Notes: generated by a model not told the origin, from the letters alone. A stretch of 64,000 nucleotides of DNA from Cyanobacteriota bacterium (GCA_046045965.1 JBJOKS010000008.1:100676-164675); one strand, 5' to 3'; shown: positions 44,120 through 54,641, counted from the stretch's first letter. A program made the numbers and translations.

Positions 44120-45202
44120 TTAGCCGTGAATAGCAGGAGCAAACAAAGCTACAGGTTGAATATCCCCAGCCGCTAAATCTAGGGGGAAGTTGTGAACGTT
44201 GCGTTCGTGCATTGTTTCAATTCCCAAGTTAGCGCGGTTTAAAACATCAGCCCAAGTATTGACTACAGCACCTTGAGAATCGAGAATGGAATGGTGAAAG
44301 TTCAAACCATTGAGGTTAAAGGCAAAAGAGGAGACACCCAAAGCAGCACACCAGATTCCAATTACTGGCCAAGCACCTAAGAAGAAGTGTAAAGCACGAC
44401 TATTGTTAAAAGATGCGTATTGGAAAATTAATCTGCCAAAATAACCATGAGCCGCAACAATGTTATAGGTTTCTTCTTCTTGCCCGAATTTGTAACCTTG
44501 GTTTTGGGATTCATTTTCGCTGGTTTCTCGCACTAAAGAGGAGGTGACTAAAGAACCGTGCATGGCAGAGAATAAAGCACCACCAAAGATCCCAATTACT
44601 CCTAACATATGGAATGGGTGCATGAGAACGTTGTGTTCTGCTTGCAGTACAAACATGAAGTTAAAAGTACCGCTAATTCCTAAAGGTAAACCGTCGGAGA
44701 AAGAACCTTGACCTATGGAGTAGACTAATATTACCGCAGTGGCAGCAGAAACAGGTGCGCTATAGGCGATCGCAATCCAAGGACGCATCCCTAAACGATA
44801 AGATAATTCCCACTGGCGACCTAAGTAACAGAAAATACCTATTAAGAAGTGGAAAATAATTAATTGGTAAGGTCCACCATTATATAACCACTCATCTAAA
44901 GTAGCGGCTTCCCAAATGGGATAAAAGTGTAAACCAATAGCATTGGAAGTAGGAACAACCGCAGCAGTAATAATGTTATTCCCATAGAGTAAAGAACCGC
45001 TTACAGGTTCACGAATACCATCTATGTCTACGGGTGGTGCAGCAATAAAAGCAATAACAAAACAAATGGTTGCTGTTAAAAGTGTAGGAATCATCAATAC
45101 ACCAAACCAACCAATATACATCCGGTTGTTAGTGCTGGTAATCCAATTACAAAATTTATCCCAAATATTGTTACTTTGGCTTTGTTGCAAAGAAATAGTC
45201 AT
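44120..45202 (-). CDS. psbA: Photosystem II D1 protein, divergent low-oxygen (D1'-type) isoform, 360 aa
   Basis: Start MTISLQQ; Mn ligands D170, E189, H332, E333, D342, A344 intact; G80A (IITAAVVP), T286A (IWCAALG), F158I, P162S, M172L, F186L. Confidence 0.92.
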   Translation of the reverse strand: MTISLQQSQSNNIWDKFCNWITSTNNRMYIGWFGVLMIPTLLTATICFVIAFIAAPPVDIDGIREPVSGSLLYGNNIITAAVVPTSNAIGLHFYPIWEAATLDEWLYNGGPYQLIIFHFLIGIFCYLGRQWELSYRLGMRPWIAIAYSAPVSAATAVILVYSIGQGSFSDGLPLGISGTFNFMFVLQAEHNVLMHPFHMLGVIGIFGGALFSAMHGSLVTSSLVRETSENESQNQGYKFGQEEETYNIVAAHGYFGRLIFQYASFNNSRALHFFLGAWPVIGIWCAALGVSSFAFNLNGLNFHHSILDSQGAVVNTWADVLNRANLGIETMHERNVHNFPLDLAAGDIQPVALFAPAIHG

Positions 45203-45318
45203 AATTTTTAATTCCGAGGTTAATCGTTGTTCAAGGCAAGTTAACCTTATGTCCTTATTTAACTTTATGGTTATATAGTTTGTCAAGTAGATTTTCATAT
45301 TATTTTTAAATTATTTTT

Positions 45319-45331
45319 TCACCCTGGGTAA
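45319..45331. promoter_or_regulatory. Candidate ChlR-binding box
   Basis: TCACC-CTG-GGTAA, one mismatch to the recalled consensus TTMCC-N3/4-GGWAA, between divergent psbA and petC. Confidence 0.45.
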
Positions 45332-45565
45332 TAAACGGGGTGTAATCTTGACTGGGCTTGACTTTCACCTTCATGACAATGGAAAAGACGAAAATTCATT
45401 TGAGCGATCGCCAATAGGGGTTTTTGGGCGGATACCTTTGATATATCGAGAATTTACGACATTTATGCTCTTGAAAAGAGATTAAACTACTATTTGACTA
45501 AATTACTAAATAGTAACATTATAGAAATGTAAAGAATGTTTACTAAAGCTAAGAGGTGTAAATTT

Positions 45566-46099
45566 ATGTCAGAGAGTCTTTCTTTAGAAACTCCCTCCAT
45601 GTCGAGGCGACAATTATTAAACTTTCTTACAGGTGCAGTTGTGGCCACCACAGCCAGCAGCTTACTGTATCCTGCGGCTAAATTCTTTATTGCCCCTACA
45701 GAAGCGAGTGAAGATGGTTCTATTCTCGCCAAAGATATTAATGGAAATCTCATTCCTGCGAAACAGATTTTAGCTGAACCGGTGGGAAGTCGTGCTTTAG
45801 TGGCAGGTTTAGCCGCAGAACCTACCTACCTAACAGTACAGTCAGATGGTTCTTTGCATCCTTGGGGAATTGTTGATAACTGTACCCATTTGGGTTGTAC
45901 CTTTCCTTGGAATGCCAACGATAATCAATTTCAATGTCCCTGTCATGGTTCTCGCTATGATGCTGATGGGAGAGTAGTACGGGGTCCTGCACCGCTTCCT
46001 CTCAAACTGGTGGGTGTGAAGGTTGAAGAGGACTATATCCGCATTTCTCCTTGGACGGAAATTGACCCCCGAACTGGTGAAAAACCTTGGTGGGTTTAG
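45566..46099 (+). CDS. petC: Cytochrome b6f Rieske Fe-S protein, alternative isoform
   Basis: SRRQLL Tat motif, CTHLGC and CPCHGS boxes, [18 protein letters not shown]. Confidence 0.93.
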   Translation: MSESLSLETPSMSRRQLLNFLTGAVVATTASSLLYPAAKFFIAPTEASEDGSILAKDINGNLIPAKQILAEPVGSRALVAGLAAEPTYLTVQSDGSLHPWGIVDNCTHLGCTFPWNANDNQFQCPCHGSRYDADGRVVRGPAPLPLKLVGVKVEEDYIRISPWTEIDPRTGEKPWWV

Positions 46100-46170
46100 T
46101 AGTTTGATGTGATAGAGAGTTAAATCTGCGGTTTTTCTCTCTTTTCTACACTAATTCAGAACTGGATAAT

Positions 46171-46563
46171 ATGACTACAAATATGGCATCTACATCTTCT
46201 ATTCAATCATTTGTTACCAATATTTCCCCTACGGAATTTGCTAATTTACCTGAAAATCCCTTGCTAATAGATGTGCGTAGCAAGTTTGAGTATGGGATGT
46301 TTCACGCACCAGGAGCAATTAACCTCAGTTTACCACGGCTTTTAATAGGCATGATACCGGGTTTAAATCGCTGGCTTTATCCCCAATGGTTTCGGAATTT
46401 ATCCAAAGATAAACCTATTTTTTTGATTTGTTTGACCTCTCACCGCAGTCCCATTGCTGCTGAATATTTGGTTAAAGCAGGTTTTACAAAAGTCTTCAAT
46501 ATTAGCGGTGGGATGATGGAGTGGCGAAAATTGGGGCTGGAAACTTGTACTCAAAAGGATTAA
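46171..46563 (+). CDS. Rhodanese-like domain protein
   Basis: LIDVRSKFEY..HAPGA, CLTSHRS, ISGGMMEW. Confidence 0.85.
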   Translation: MTTNMASTSSIQSFVTNISPTEFANLPENPLLIDVRSKFEYGMFHAPGAINLSLPRLLIGMIPGLNRWLYPQWFRNLSKDKPIFLICLTSHRSPIAAEYLVKAGFTKVFNISGGMMEWRKLGLETCTQKD

Positions 46564-46568
46564 TTTTC

Positions 46569-47027
46569 ATGAAAATTCGACATTTTTCAACTGTAATTCT
46601 ATCAAGTCTGTGCATATTTATTTATGGCTTTTTTAGTGTTGGCTATGAAGCAATAGCTTTATCAGCAACACCGGAAATTCCTGTAGTTTCTACTGCTGTG
46701 GATAGTTATCTTAAATCCATTCCTGGAGATTATTACACTGTGGGGAAAGTGCCACAGTTAAAACAGATGCTAAAAGAAGAAGATGTTTTTTTGGTGGATG
46801 TAAGAGAACCTTTTGAATATGCCACAGGTCATATCGGTGATGCAATTAATATTCCCCTACGAACATTGGTAGAAAATCTCGATAAGATTCCCAAAAAACA
46901 GCCTGTAGTAGTTTATTGTTCTTCTGGTTATCGTTCGGCGATGGCAGTTATGTCATTACATCTTTTGGGTTATGAAAATGTGCGAGGTTTTCCACCTAGT
47001 ATGAATGGTTGGAAGGCAGCAAGTTAA
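46569..47027 (+). CDS. Exported rhodanese-like sulfurtransferase
   Basis: Signal/TM helix, VDVREPFEY..GHIGDA, YCSSGYRS. Confidence 0.85.
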   Translation: MKIRHFSTVILSSLCIFIYGFFSVGYEAIALSATPEIPVVSTAVDSYLKSIPGDYYTVGKVPQLKQMLKEEDVFLVDVREPFEYATGHIGDAINIPLRTLVENLDKIPKKQPVVVYCSSGYRSAMAVMSLHLLGYENVRGFPPSMNGWKAAS

Positions 47028-47167
47028 GAGAAGGCAAAAAGCAGGATTTACGGAATATCGTTCGCGGAGCGTGCCGTCAGGCATACCGCAGAGGACGCAG
47101 AGAACACAGAGAAATGGTGCTTTAACAAGATTACTAACTGCTCTAGAACAAATTGCTGATTGGATAT

Positions 47168-47303
47168 CAATACTTTTCGGTTAAGCCCAAAAAATATAAT
47201 GATGTAGGTTGGGTTGACGATAGGAAACCCAACATTTACAAGGGTTTGTTGGGTTTCACTTTGTTCAACCCAACCTACGAAAACTCTTAACCGAACAGTA
47301 TTG
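47168..47303. mobile_element. MITE, 136 bp (Nezha-like)
   Basis: 18-bp TIRs CAATACTTTTCGGTTAAG / CTTAACCGAACAGTATTG (1 mismatch); exact 10-bp target duplication GATTGGATAT at 47158 and 47304. Confidence 0.88.
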
Positions 47304-47378
47304 GATTGGATATATCGACTTACTTCGACAAGCTCAGTACAATTTGCTCGATAACTACCTGACTCAGACAAATATAAA

Positions 47379-47969
47379 TTAATGCTGATGGACTTTTTCT
47401 AACAACCACAAAGAAGCCACCGTACCGATAAAATGAGCCGCAATACTATTAATATTCGCCACCGCTACAAACACATCCATAGCACGAATAATTCGGAAAG
47501 GATCAGTAATAGCCACCCCTGGAGGCTGGGATACAGATTTTGCAACCAGCACACCAATTGTTGCACCAGCACCTAAAATACTAATTAAAATCCCCACCAA
47601 ACCAACCATTATTCCCAGTCTAATAGCTCTAACAGTATCAGCCTTGCTAGGATGTAAAGCAGCATTAGGGTTTAGCAAACGTTTACCAATACGTGTGTAA
47701 TTATAATTCCAATAAACACTAAATAAAAGTGCTAAAATTCCGCAAACTCCCCAAAATATACCAATTCCTAAACTAGAAGTTTGTTGTTGAGCAAAATCTC
47801 GACCAGTAGCAGCAAACAACAATGCTAAACCGCAAACGATCACTAATGCCAATTGTACCCATAAAGTGAGCCAACCTGTGAGACGAATAGTTTTACCAAT
47901 ATCTTGTAGTTTAGGTGCAAGGGTTGACTGTTGGTGGTCATGCGATCGCACTTCAGATTCGGTGTGCAT
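47379..47969 (-). CDS. DUF3611 family membrane protein (Tic21-like)
   Basis: GWLTLWVQLAL, PSKADT, IRAMDVFVAVANINSIAAHF. Confidence 0.8.
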   Translation of the reverse strand: MHTESEVRSHDHQQSTLAPKLQDIGKTIRLTGWLTLWVQLALVIVCGLALLFAATGRDFAQQQTSSLGIGIFWGVCGILALLFSVYWNYNYTRIGKRLLNPNAALHPSKADTVRAIRLGIMVGLVGILISILGAGATIGVLVAKSVSQPPGVAITDPFRIIRAMDVFVAVANINSIAAHFIGTVASLWLLEKVHQH

Positions 47970-48206
47970 AATAATTACTGCTCGTTACTTGGCATATTTT
48001 CCATTTATCAATCTTAGTTACATCGACTAACTCTATACCCCCACCTCCAGACATAATTACCACCAAATATTTCAGCATCAGATAGAGATTTGTAATTTGT
48101 TGACTTTTGTGGTTAATTACTTTGTCTTGGTGTTACAGACTCCCTGGCAGGATTGATGGTAACTTATTTTTACACAAATTTCTTGTTACTAATTGCAATC
48201 CAAGTT

Positions 48207-48845
48207 ATGGCACTCAATTTATATTTACTGCGACATGGTGAAACTACTTTTAGTCAAAATGGTAATTTCTGTGGTGAAACTGATGCAGAATTAACACCCG
48301 CAGGAATACAGATGGCAGAGAGTTTTGCTGATGTTTATAAAAAACTGAAATGGTCAGCGGTTTATGTTAGTCCCATGAAACGCACTATTGCTACTGCAAA
48401 ACCATTTTGTGATGCTGTGGGGATAGATATGCAGGTGCGGGAAGGACTCAGAGAAGGTAGTTATGGTGCATGGGAAACCAAGAGTAAATCTTTTGTGCAA
48501 GAAAATTACACAGAAAACTATATCAAATGGTTGTCAGAACCCGCTTGGAATGCACCACTAAATGGAGAAACTGCGGTAGAGATCGCTAACCGTGCTGTAC
48601 CTGTAATTACTGAAATTATAGACAAACACCGGGAAGGTAATGTTTTAGTAGTTTGTCATAAAGCCACAATTCGGATTATCCTTTGTAGTTTACTGGGAAT
48701 TGATTTGGGATGCTATCGCTATCGAGTAAATATTTTAGTGGCATCAGTAAGTAAGGTGAAATTTGATGTTAATGGTCCTTTGTTAGAAATATTAGGCGAT
48801 CGCTATCATATACCTGATCATATTCGCTCTCGTCCAGGAACTTAA
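48207..48845 (+). CDS. Histidine phosphatase family protein
   Basis: LLRHGET, SPMKR, LREG, VCHKATIR. Confidence 0.9.
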   Translation: MALNLYLLRHGETTFSQNGNFCGETDAELTPAGIQMAESFADVYKKLKWSAVYVSPMKRTIATAKPFCDAVGIDMQVREGLREGSYGAWETKSKSFVQENYTENYIKWLSEPAWNAPLNGETAVEIANRAVPVITEIIDKHREGNVLVVCHKATIRIILCSLLGIDLGCYRYRVNILVASVSKVKFDVNGPLLEILGDRYHIPDHIRSRPGT

Positions 48846-48868
48846 CGCAGGCAGAAGGCAGGAAAAAA

Positions 48869-49570
48869 TCAGTGTGAGCAATTCATAATTGTATTATCCA
48901 AACGTCCATAAATTGCTGTTGGTTGATTACATAACCAAGCCCACATTTGATCACCAAAAGAAAAATGCCACCATTCTCTAGGGTTTCTTTGGAAACCTGC
49001 CTTTAACATGATATCATTTAACAATTGCCGACGGTGATGATATTCTGGATTTCTATTAACATAATAATCAGGGTGCGATCGCTCAGACATTTCATCAATT
49101 GGTGAACCCATATTCACAACTTCCCCATTTTCATCTACCAAAGTAATATCCACCGCAGCACCCGTACTGTGAGGAGGAGGAGTATTCATATCTAAACTTG
49201 GTAAAGCCCAAATTTCATAAACCGCTTGCCAAACTTCTTCCCTTTCTGCAACTGATAAATTAACCTCAATTAAACCCCTTTCCTGCAAAGCCTGTGCAAA
49301 GCTATAATCTACCATAAATTGCTGCACAGCCACCGGACGATAAGCATCAAATATTTGAATATACCAACCAGGATTTAGTAATTGTAAATAATTTTGTGCC
49401 GCAATTAAATTTTTGATCACACTTTCCCGCAGAAAATAAGGTGAATATCCCCCATAGTTAGCACCTAACTTTTCATAAGGATGGGGAGTTTCCACCGCAA
49501 ACATTTCTAGAGGAATATTAACTAAAGCTTCACCACATTCAATAATGGGTATTTTGTGATATGGACGCAT
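48869..49570 (-). CDS. D-Ala-D-Ala dipeptidase (M15D, VanX/DdpX-like)
   Basis: DAYRP, HSTGAAVD, EWWHF. Confidence 0.9.
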   Translation of the reverse strand: MRPYHKIPIIECGEALVNIPLEMFAVETPHPYEKLGANYGGYSPYFLRESVIKNLIAAQNYLQLLNPGWYIQIFDAYRPVAVQQFMVDYSFAQALQERGLIEVNLSVAEREEVWQAVYEIWALPSLDMNTPPPHSTGAAVDITLVDENGEVVNMGSPIDEMSERSHPDYYVNRNPEYHHRRQLLNDIMLKAGFQRNPREWWHFSFGDQMWAWLCNQPTAIYGRLDNTIMNCSH

Positions 49571-49608
49571 AATTTTACAAAAATGTAATTCTGAATAAAA
49601 TAAATAAT

Positions 49609-49857
49609 CTATAAATCCCGATGTTCGCAACAAGACTTTTCCTTGACCTCTGGTACTGGATCATAACCACCAGGATGGAACGGATGACAGCGTAAAATGC
49701 GCCAAATAGCCATCCAACCACCACGAAACACCCCAAACCGCTCAATAGCTTGGATAGCATACATCGAACAAGTCGGTTGAAAGCGACAAGTCGGGGGAAA
49801 CAGAGGAGAAATGAACAAGCGATAACCCTTAATTAACCAAATCAATAAAATTTTCAT
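49609..49857 (-). CDS. yidD: Membrane protein insertion efficiency factor
   Basis: [27 protein letters not shown]. Confidence 0.93.
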   Translation of the reverse strand: MKILLIWLIKGYRLFISPLFPPTCRFQPTCSMYAIQAIERFGVFRGGWMAIWRILRCHPFHPGGYDPVPEVKEKSCCEHRDL

Positions 49858-49908
49858 GCCCAAATCATTTAAAGTAGTATCCAAGTCCTAAAATCTTCAA
49901 TTCCATCA

Positions 49909-50616
49909 TTGTTGACTACATTTCCCAGTTTAGAATCTATTCTCCCATTGTGGCTGCAAATTTCCACAGCTGCGGCTTGGGTATTACTTGTCATCCTCAT
50001 CGCTTGGTTAGTCAGTCGCTTTACCAACAGCGAACCCGAAATCATCCGTAAAATAGTCCATATTGGCACAGGTAATGTAATTTTACTAGCTTGGTGGCTA
50101 AATATCCCCGCTATCGTTGGGATTACAGCTTCAATTTTAGGCAGTATCATTACTCTATTATCCTACATCTTCCCAATTTTGCCGGGAATTAATAGCGTCG
50201 GCCGCCAAAGTTTAGGAACTTTCTTCTATGCTGTGAGTATTGGGATTTTAGTTGGCTGTTTTTGGTATTTACAACAACCCCAATATGCAGCATTAGGAAT
50301 TCTAATAATGGCTTGGGGAGATGGACTAGCAGCTTTAATTGGGCAAAGATTTGGTCAACATAAATATCAACTTTTTGGCTCCAACAAAAGTTGGGAAGGT
50401 TCTTTAACAATGACTTTTATTAGTTTCCTGATTAGTCTGTTTATCTTACTACAAACACAAGGAAACACCTGGCAAACATGGCTAATATCAATAATCATAG
50501 CCATAGTAGCTACAGCCTTAGAAGCTTTTTCCTTTTTGGGGATTGATAATTTAACAGTTCCTATCGGTAGTGCAGCTTTAGCTTACGGCTTAACTCAAAT
50601 ACTGGTGCTTAATTGA
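49909..50616 (+). CDS. Phytol/polyprenol kinase family protein
   Basis: RKIVHIGTG, WGDGLAALIG, KSWEGS, DNLTVP. Confidence 0.9.
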   Translation: MLTTFPSLESILPLWLQISTAAAWVLLVILIAWLVSRFTNSEPEIIRKIVHIGTGNVILLAWWLNIPAIVGITASILGSIITLLSYIFPILPGINSVGRQSLGTFFYAVSIGILVGCFWYLQQPQYAALGILIMAWGDGLAALIGQRFGQHKYQLFGSNKSWEGSLTMTFISFLISLFILLQTQGNTWQTWLISIIIAIVATALEAFSFLGIDNLTVPIGSAALAYGLTQILVLN

Positions 50617-50926
50617 ATAGCTAATTACTAAGTTGTATATTGCTATATCCTCTCTAGCCTAGTATTGATAATATTAGCTATAGCCTCAAAAAACGTAAAA
50701 AGATATATAGATGTGGCAAATAAATTCAAAAACATCAAATATTAAATATACCCTCTCTCAGAGAATGACTATATCTGTAAAAATTAAAAGATTTTATATC
50801 TACTTTGAGAAGTAGAACTAATAAATTTGATTTCTATCCCTAGATTTATGAATTACTGAGCAAGAATGCTTATAGTTGGGTTGTTAGGTGGTGATTCACC
50901 TAATTTCGTAAGTGAGGCTAATAATT

Positions 50927-51307
50927 ATGTCCAATCAAATAAATGCGTCCGATTTGTTTATTGTCCTATCTGATCACCAACAAGAGTTTGTAACTGGTGG
51001 TGCTGATTTTGAATTAGCAGGTAGTAACTTCGCTAATAGATTAGCAAACCTGCAAGGTACGACAGCTTCGGGTCCTAATGGTAGCACTGGTAACTCCATC
51101 GGTACAAGTTCTGCTGTCAACACCGCAGCTCAAGACTTCTTAGGCTTGGGTACACCTATAGTTCCTCAAGTTGCTGCTTTGGGTGCTGCACCCGTTCTTA
51201 ATGGACAAACCGCACCTACAGGTCCTGGTGTTCCTGATGTTCCACTCGATGGTGGTGGTGGTGCTAGTGGTCCCTTCAATGGTGGTGGTGGTCCCTTCGG
51301 TGCCTAA
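50927..51307 (+). CDS. Double-glycine-leader secreted peptide precursor 1 (SGPNGS-type core)
   Basis: Leader MSNQINASDLFIVLSDHQQEFVTGG; GTGAGG SD; 126 aa. Confidence 0.85.
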   Translation: MSNQINASDLFIVLSDHQQEFVTGGADFELAGSNFANRLANLQGTTASGPNGSTGNSIGTSSAVNTAAQDFLGLGTPIVPQVAALGAAPVLNGQTAPTGPGVPDVPLDGGGGASGPFNGGGGPFGA

Positions 51308-51520
51308 ATCAAGCCTTTAATGAACCTTTTAACCATTCCCACAGGTGACTAAAAACATCAACTGTGACACCAGATGGTTTCATCCATCTAAATTTGAGAA
51401 TGGTACTTGGGGGTAATGAAAGAACCAAATACCCTGGTTCTTAATCATACCCCTCACTCAAATCTGCATAGAGATTTAGATTCTTTTATTTGGGATATTA
51501 CGCAAGTCAGGCTAACAATC

Positions 51521-51862
51521 ATGTCTTATTACACCATCATCTCCAATTCTTTTGCAGATTTATCTGAACAGCAACAGGAAAAGATCATTGGCGGCACAGA
51601 TTTTGAGTTATCTGGCAGCAATTTTGCTAACAGATTGGTCGTACTCAGGGGGTCTGTATCTTCTGGTCCAAATGGCAGTTTTTCAAATTCCTCTGGTCAA
51701 ATTTCAGAAGTCAATACCGCAGCCCAAGATTTATTAGGACTGGGTGCGCCATCTATACCTGATGTTCCTGCTCTGGGTTCTGCGCCAGTTCTTACTAGCT
51801 TACCAGCACTACCAAGAACAAGTTTGGCAGGTTTGGCAGGTTTGAGAAGATTAGATGATTGA
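51521..51862 (+). CDS. Double-glycine-leader precursor 2 (paralog of precursor 1)
   Basis: Leader MSYYTIISNSFADLSEQQQEKIIGG; core shares DFEL.GSNFANRL..SGPNGS..VNTAAQD.LGLG with precursor 1. Confidence 0.85.
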   Translation: MSYYTIISNSFADLSEQQQEKIIGGTDFELSGSNFANRLVVLRGSVSSGPNGSFSNSSGQISEVNTAAQDLLGLGAPSIPDVPALGSAPVLTSLPALPRTSLAGLAGLRRLDD

Positions 51863-51900
51863 GACGATTTGAAAATTTGAGTTTAGTGAGGCTAACAATC

Positions 51901-52212
51901 ATGTCGTATCTAATAATTGCATCTGAATGTTTTTTTGAGCTATCTGATCAGCAACAAGAACTATTAACTGGTGGTAATCAACCTCAAATCAGCAATAACA
52001 ATTTTTATCAAAAAGATGAAAATATAACAGAGACAAACAGCAATAATCCACTAGGCAAGGTTTCTCAAACTAATACCGATTTTACTGATGTCAATAGTGG
52101 CGCACAATCTATGTTGTCATCTAATACTCCCAAGGCTGGTCCATTTACATCGAGTAACAATTTAGTACCCAACATTCCTATATCAGTCAACAGACCACTA
52201 GGAATGTTTTAA
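51901..52212 (+). CDS. Double-glycine-leader precursor 3 (Asn-rich, diverged from 1/2)
   Basis: Leader MSYLIIASECFFELSDQQQELLTGG; NNF..NP.G..VNSGAQ aligns with precursors 1/2. Confidence 0.82.
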   Translation: MSYLIIASECFFELSDQQQELLTGGNQPQISNNNFYQKDENITETNSNNPLGKVSQTNTDFTDVNSGAQSMLSSNTPKAGPFTSSNNLVPNIPISVNRPLGMF

Positions 52213-53031
52213 GGGATTTACAAAAATGTGAACAATTAATGAACAATTAATTATGGTACAAACTTTAATTACATCAAGTCCCATCATGCAGTTATTTTTA
52301 GCAAAACAGCAATTGGGGATTATTTTTGCTTCCCATACTTTACTTTAAAAACTGCTATGGGCAAAGCTAAAAAAGCAAATTTTATACAAAATTCATTTTT
52401 ATTGGCTAATTCAGTTAATTTAAAACTCAATCTGCAAGTAGTTATCTGGAATCTTCTGTTTGTAATTAGGAAGGGGGGAGAGGAGATTCTGACTACTCGC
52501 TCAACGTAAGTGAGGACTTTGAGGGAGTTTGAGCGTTCTCCTCGGTTTTTTCTCAGCGTTGCCCACGTCAGAGATGTAAAGAAAAGTTTTGGCTATGGTC
52601 AGCGTTTTCTTTTCTTATCCCCCACTAATGATTATAGAGGATTCTTCACCATCATGTTTACTATTTTGAGCAACATATTTTATTCTGGCTGTGTTTAGTT
52701 GATTCCTCCCTTTTCATGATCCTGTATTTGGTAAAGTTGATACTTTGGATGTGATTTATTTTCACCAAAAGATAGAGACAAAGATACCTTTTTTGAAGGT
52801 TATCTGTTGAGATGTGATGCGGAATAATCACCGGACTAGAAAATGCTGAACTTGGCTAGTTAGTTGATGATGTTTCACAAAATAGAACGAAAAAACAACT
52901 TTTTACCACTATCTGAAGACATATTACCTCAGACAGTTATTTTTCCGTGTTCTGGGATTTCCAATCAAGTTATGTGGAGTTATTTAAGCCCCTTAGATAT
53001 CAGACTCGATATGAGATAACCCTCATTTTTA

Positions 53032-54585
53032 TTGATGTTTCAATCCAAAAGGTGCAACACCGTGGACTCTTTACGCCGCTATGAAGACTATGTTTGGAAT
53101 GGATCTCATGATCCTGGTTCTGAACATCTGCATTCAGTTGAAGTTAATGAGTTTCTGCCCCAAATTCATAACTGGACTAGCATTGGTTTGGGGGTAATGC
53201 TGACTATCTTTGTGGCAGGTGTAGGTTTGACAACTGTACTTACTTATAAGGTAACAGTAAAAGTTCCCGCCACTATTAGACCAGTAGGAGAACTACGGCT
53301 AGTTGAGTCGGCTATTTCCGGCCAGGTGCAAAAGATTGTAGTGAAAGATAATCAGGTATTGAATCAGGGAGATGCGATCGCTTACGTTGATGATTCTCGC
53401 CTACAAACACAAAAGAGGCAACTTCAAAGCAGTATTCAACAAGGTCAATTACAACTGGTACAACTTGATGCTCAACTAGGTGAAATCAATACCCAGATTT
53501 TGGCACAAGAAAATTTAAATAACCGCACAATTATAGCTGCACAAGCTGAGTTAGGTGGTACTCAACGCAACTTTGAAGATCAAGAAATTAAAGCTAATGC
53601 AGAAATGCAACAAGCAGAATTGGCTTTGAGATTTGCAAATTCACAACTTGCACGTTTGCAACAAGAAGGAGTGTTAAAAACAACTATAGAAGAGGCACAG
53701 ACAGCTTTAAATCTGGCTAAGTTACAAAGAGATAGATTGCAAGCGATCGCTGATTCTGGGGCAATATCTCACACTATGCTCGAAGAAAAACAACAAGCTG
53801 TTAAATCTGCCAGAGCCAAGTTAGAACAAGCTAAAAACAATGCTAAAACTCTTCTGGAGGAAAAACAACAAGCTCTAGAAATTGCTCAAACAAATCTATA
53901 TAAAGCGAGAACAGCTATCAATCCTAATAATTCTGCCGTCATTATCGCAGCGGAACGAATTAAACAAGAACAAGCTAGAGGTGAATCTACTTTATCCGCT
54001 TTAAAAAAAGAACTCCAGACTCTATTACAACAACGTCTGGAAATTCAAAAGCAACTTATTCGCACTCGTCAAGACTTACTACAAACAGAAACTGATTTGA
54101 ATCAGAGCATAATTCGCGCACCTATTACTGGCACATTACTACAATTAAAACTTCGTAACCCTGGACAAGTAGTACAACCCAGTGAAGCTGTTGCTCAAAT
54201 CGCTCCTCTCAATGCTCCTTTACAAATCAAGGCTTATGTACCTGCTCAAGAGATTAATAAAGTAGAACCAGGTCAAAAAGTCCAAATGCAAGTTTCCGCT
54301 TGTCCTTATCCAGATTACGGTACTCTCAAAGGCATTGTCAAAAACGTTGCTCCAGATATTTTACCAGTTGCACAAACCCAACCTCAAAATAATTCAGCCG
54401 CAAATATTCCCCAGGTTAATGGCTACGAAGTAACTATTAAACCAGAAACATTATATGTGGGTAGAGGCGAAAATAAATGTTATTTACAACCAGGAATGCA
54501 AGGACGTACTGATATTATTTCCCGTGAAGAAACCGTACTACAATTTATTCTCAGGAAAGCTAGATTAATTACTGATTTTAATTAG
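53032..54585 (+). CDS. HlyD-family secretion adaptor (start uncertain)
   Basis: NEFLP + TM helix, IRPVGELRLV, long coiled coil, IRAPITG, VSACPYPDYGTL. Confidence 0.92.
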   Translation: MMFQSKRCNTVDSLRRYEDYVWNGSHDPGSEHLHSVEVNEFLPQIHNWTSIGLGVMLTIFVAGVGLTTVLTYKVTVKVPATIRPVGELRLVESAISGQVQKIVVKDNQVLNQGDAIAYVDDSRLQTQKRQLQSSIQQGQLQLVQLDAQLGEINTQILAQENLNNRTIIAAQAELGGTQRNFEDQEIKANAEMQQAELALRFANSQLARLQQEGVLKTTIEEAQTALNLAKLQRDRLQAIADSGAISHTMLEEKQQAVKSARAKLEQAKNNAKTLLEEKQQALEIAQTNLYKARTAINPNNSAVIIAAERIKQEQARGESTLSALKKELQTLLQQRLEIQKQLIRTRQDLLQTETDLNQSIIRAPITGTLLQLKLRNPGQVVQPSEAVAQIAPLNAPLQIKAYVPAQEINKVEPGQKVQMQVSACPYPDYGTLKGIVKNVAPDILPVAQTQPQNNSAANIPQVNGYEVTIKPETLYVGRGENKCYLQPGMQGRTDIISREETVLQFILRKARLITDFN

Positions 54586-54641
54586 TCATTCGTCATTAGT
54601 TTAGTTACGCAATCTTTCTGTTTTGGAAACTTGAATTGTTT

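Noticed and set aside
44120..45298. Rogue D1 or chlorophyll f synthase; N-terminally extended 392-aa D1
   Set aside because: All Mn-cluster ligands and the processing site are present; the extension arises from an upstream in-frame ATG, and the 360-aa form starts at 45202.
47048..47371. 107-aa ORF
   Set aside because: Reads through the MITE and other repeats.
52510..52698. A tenth precursor after AAGTGAGG
   Set aside because: No Met at the expected spacing and no ELS..QQ..GG leader.
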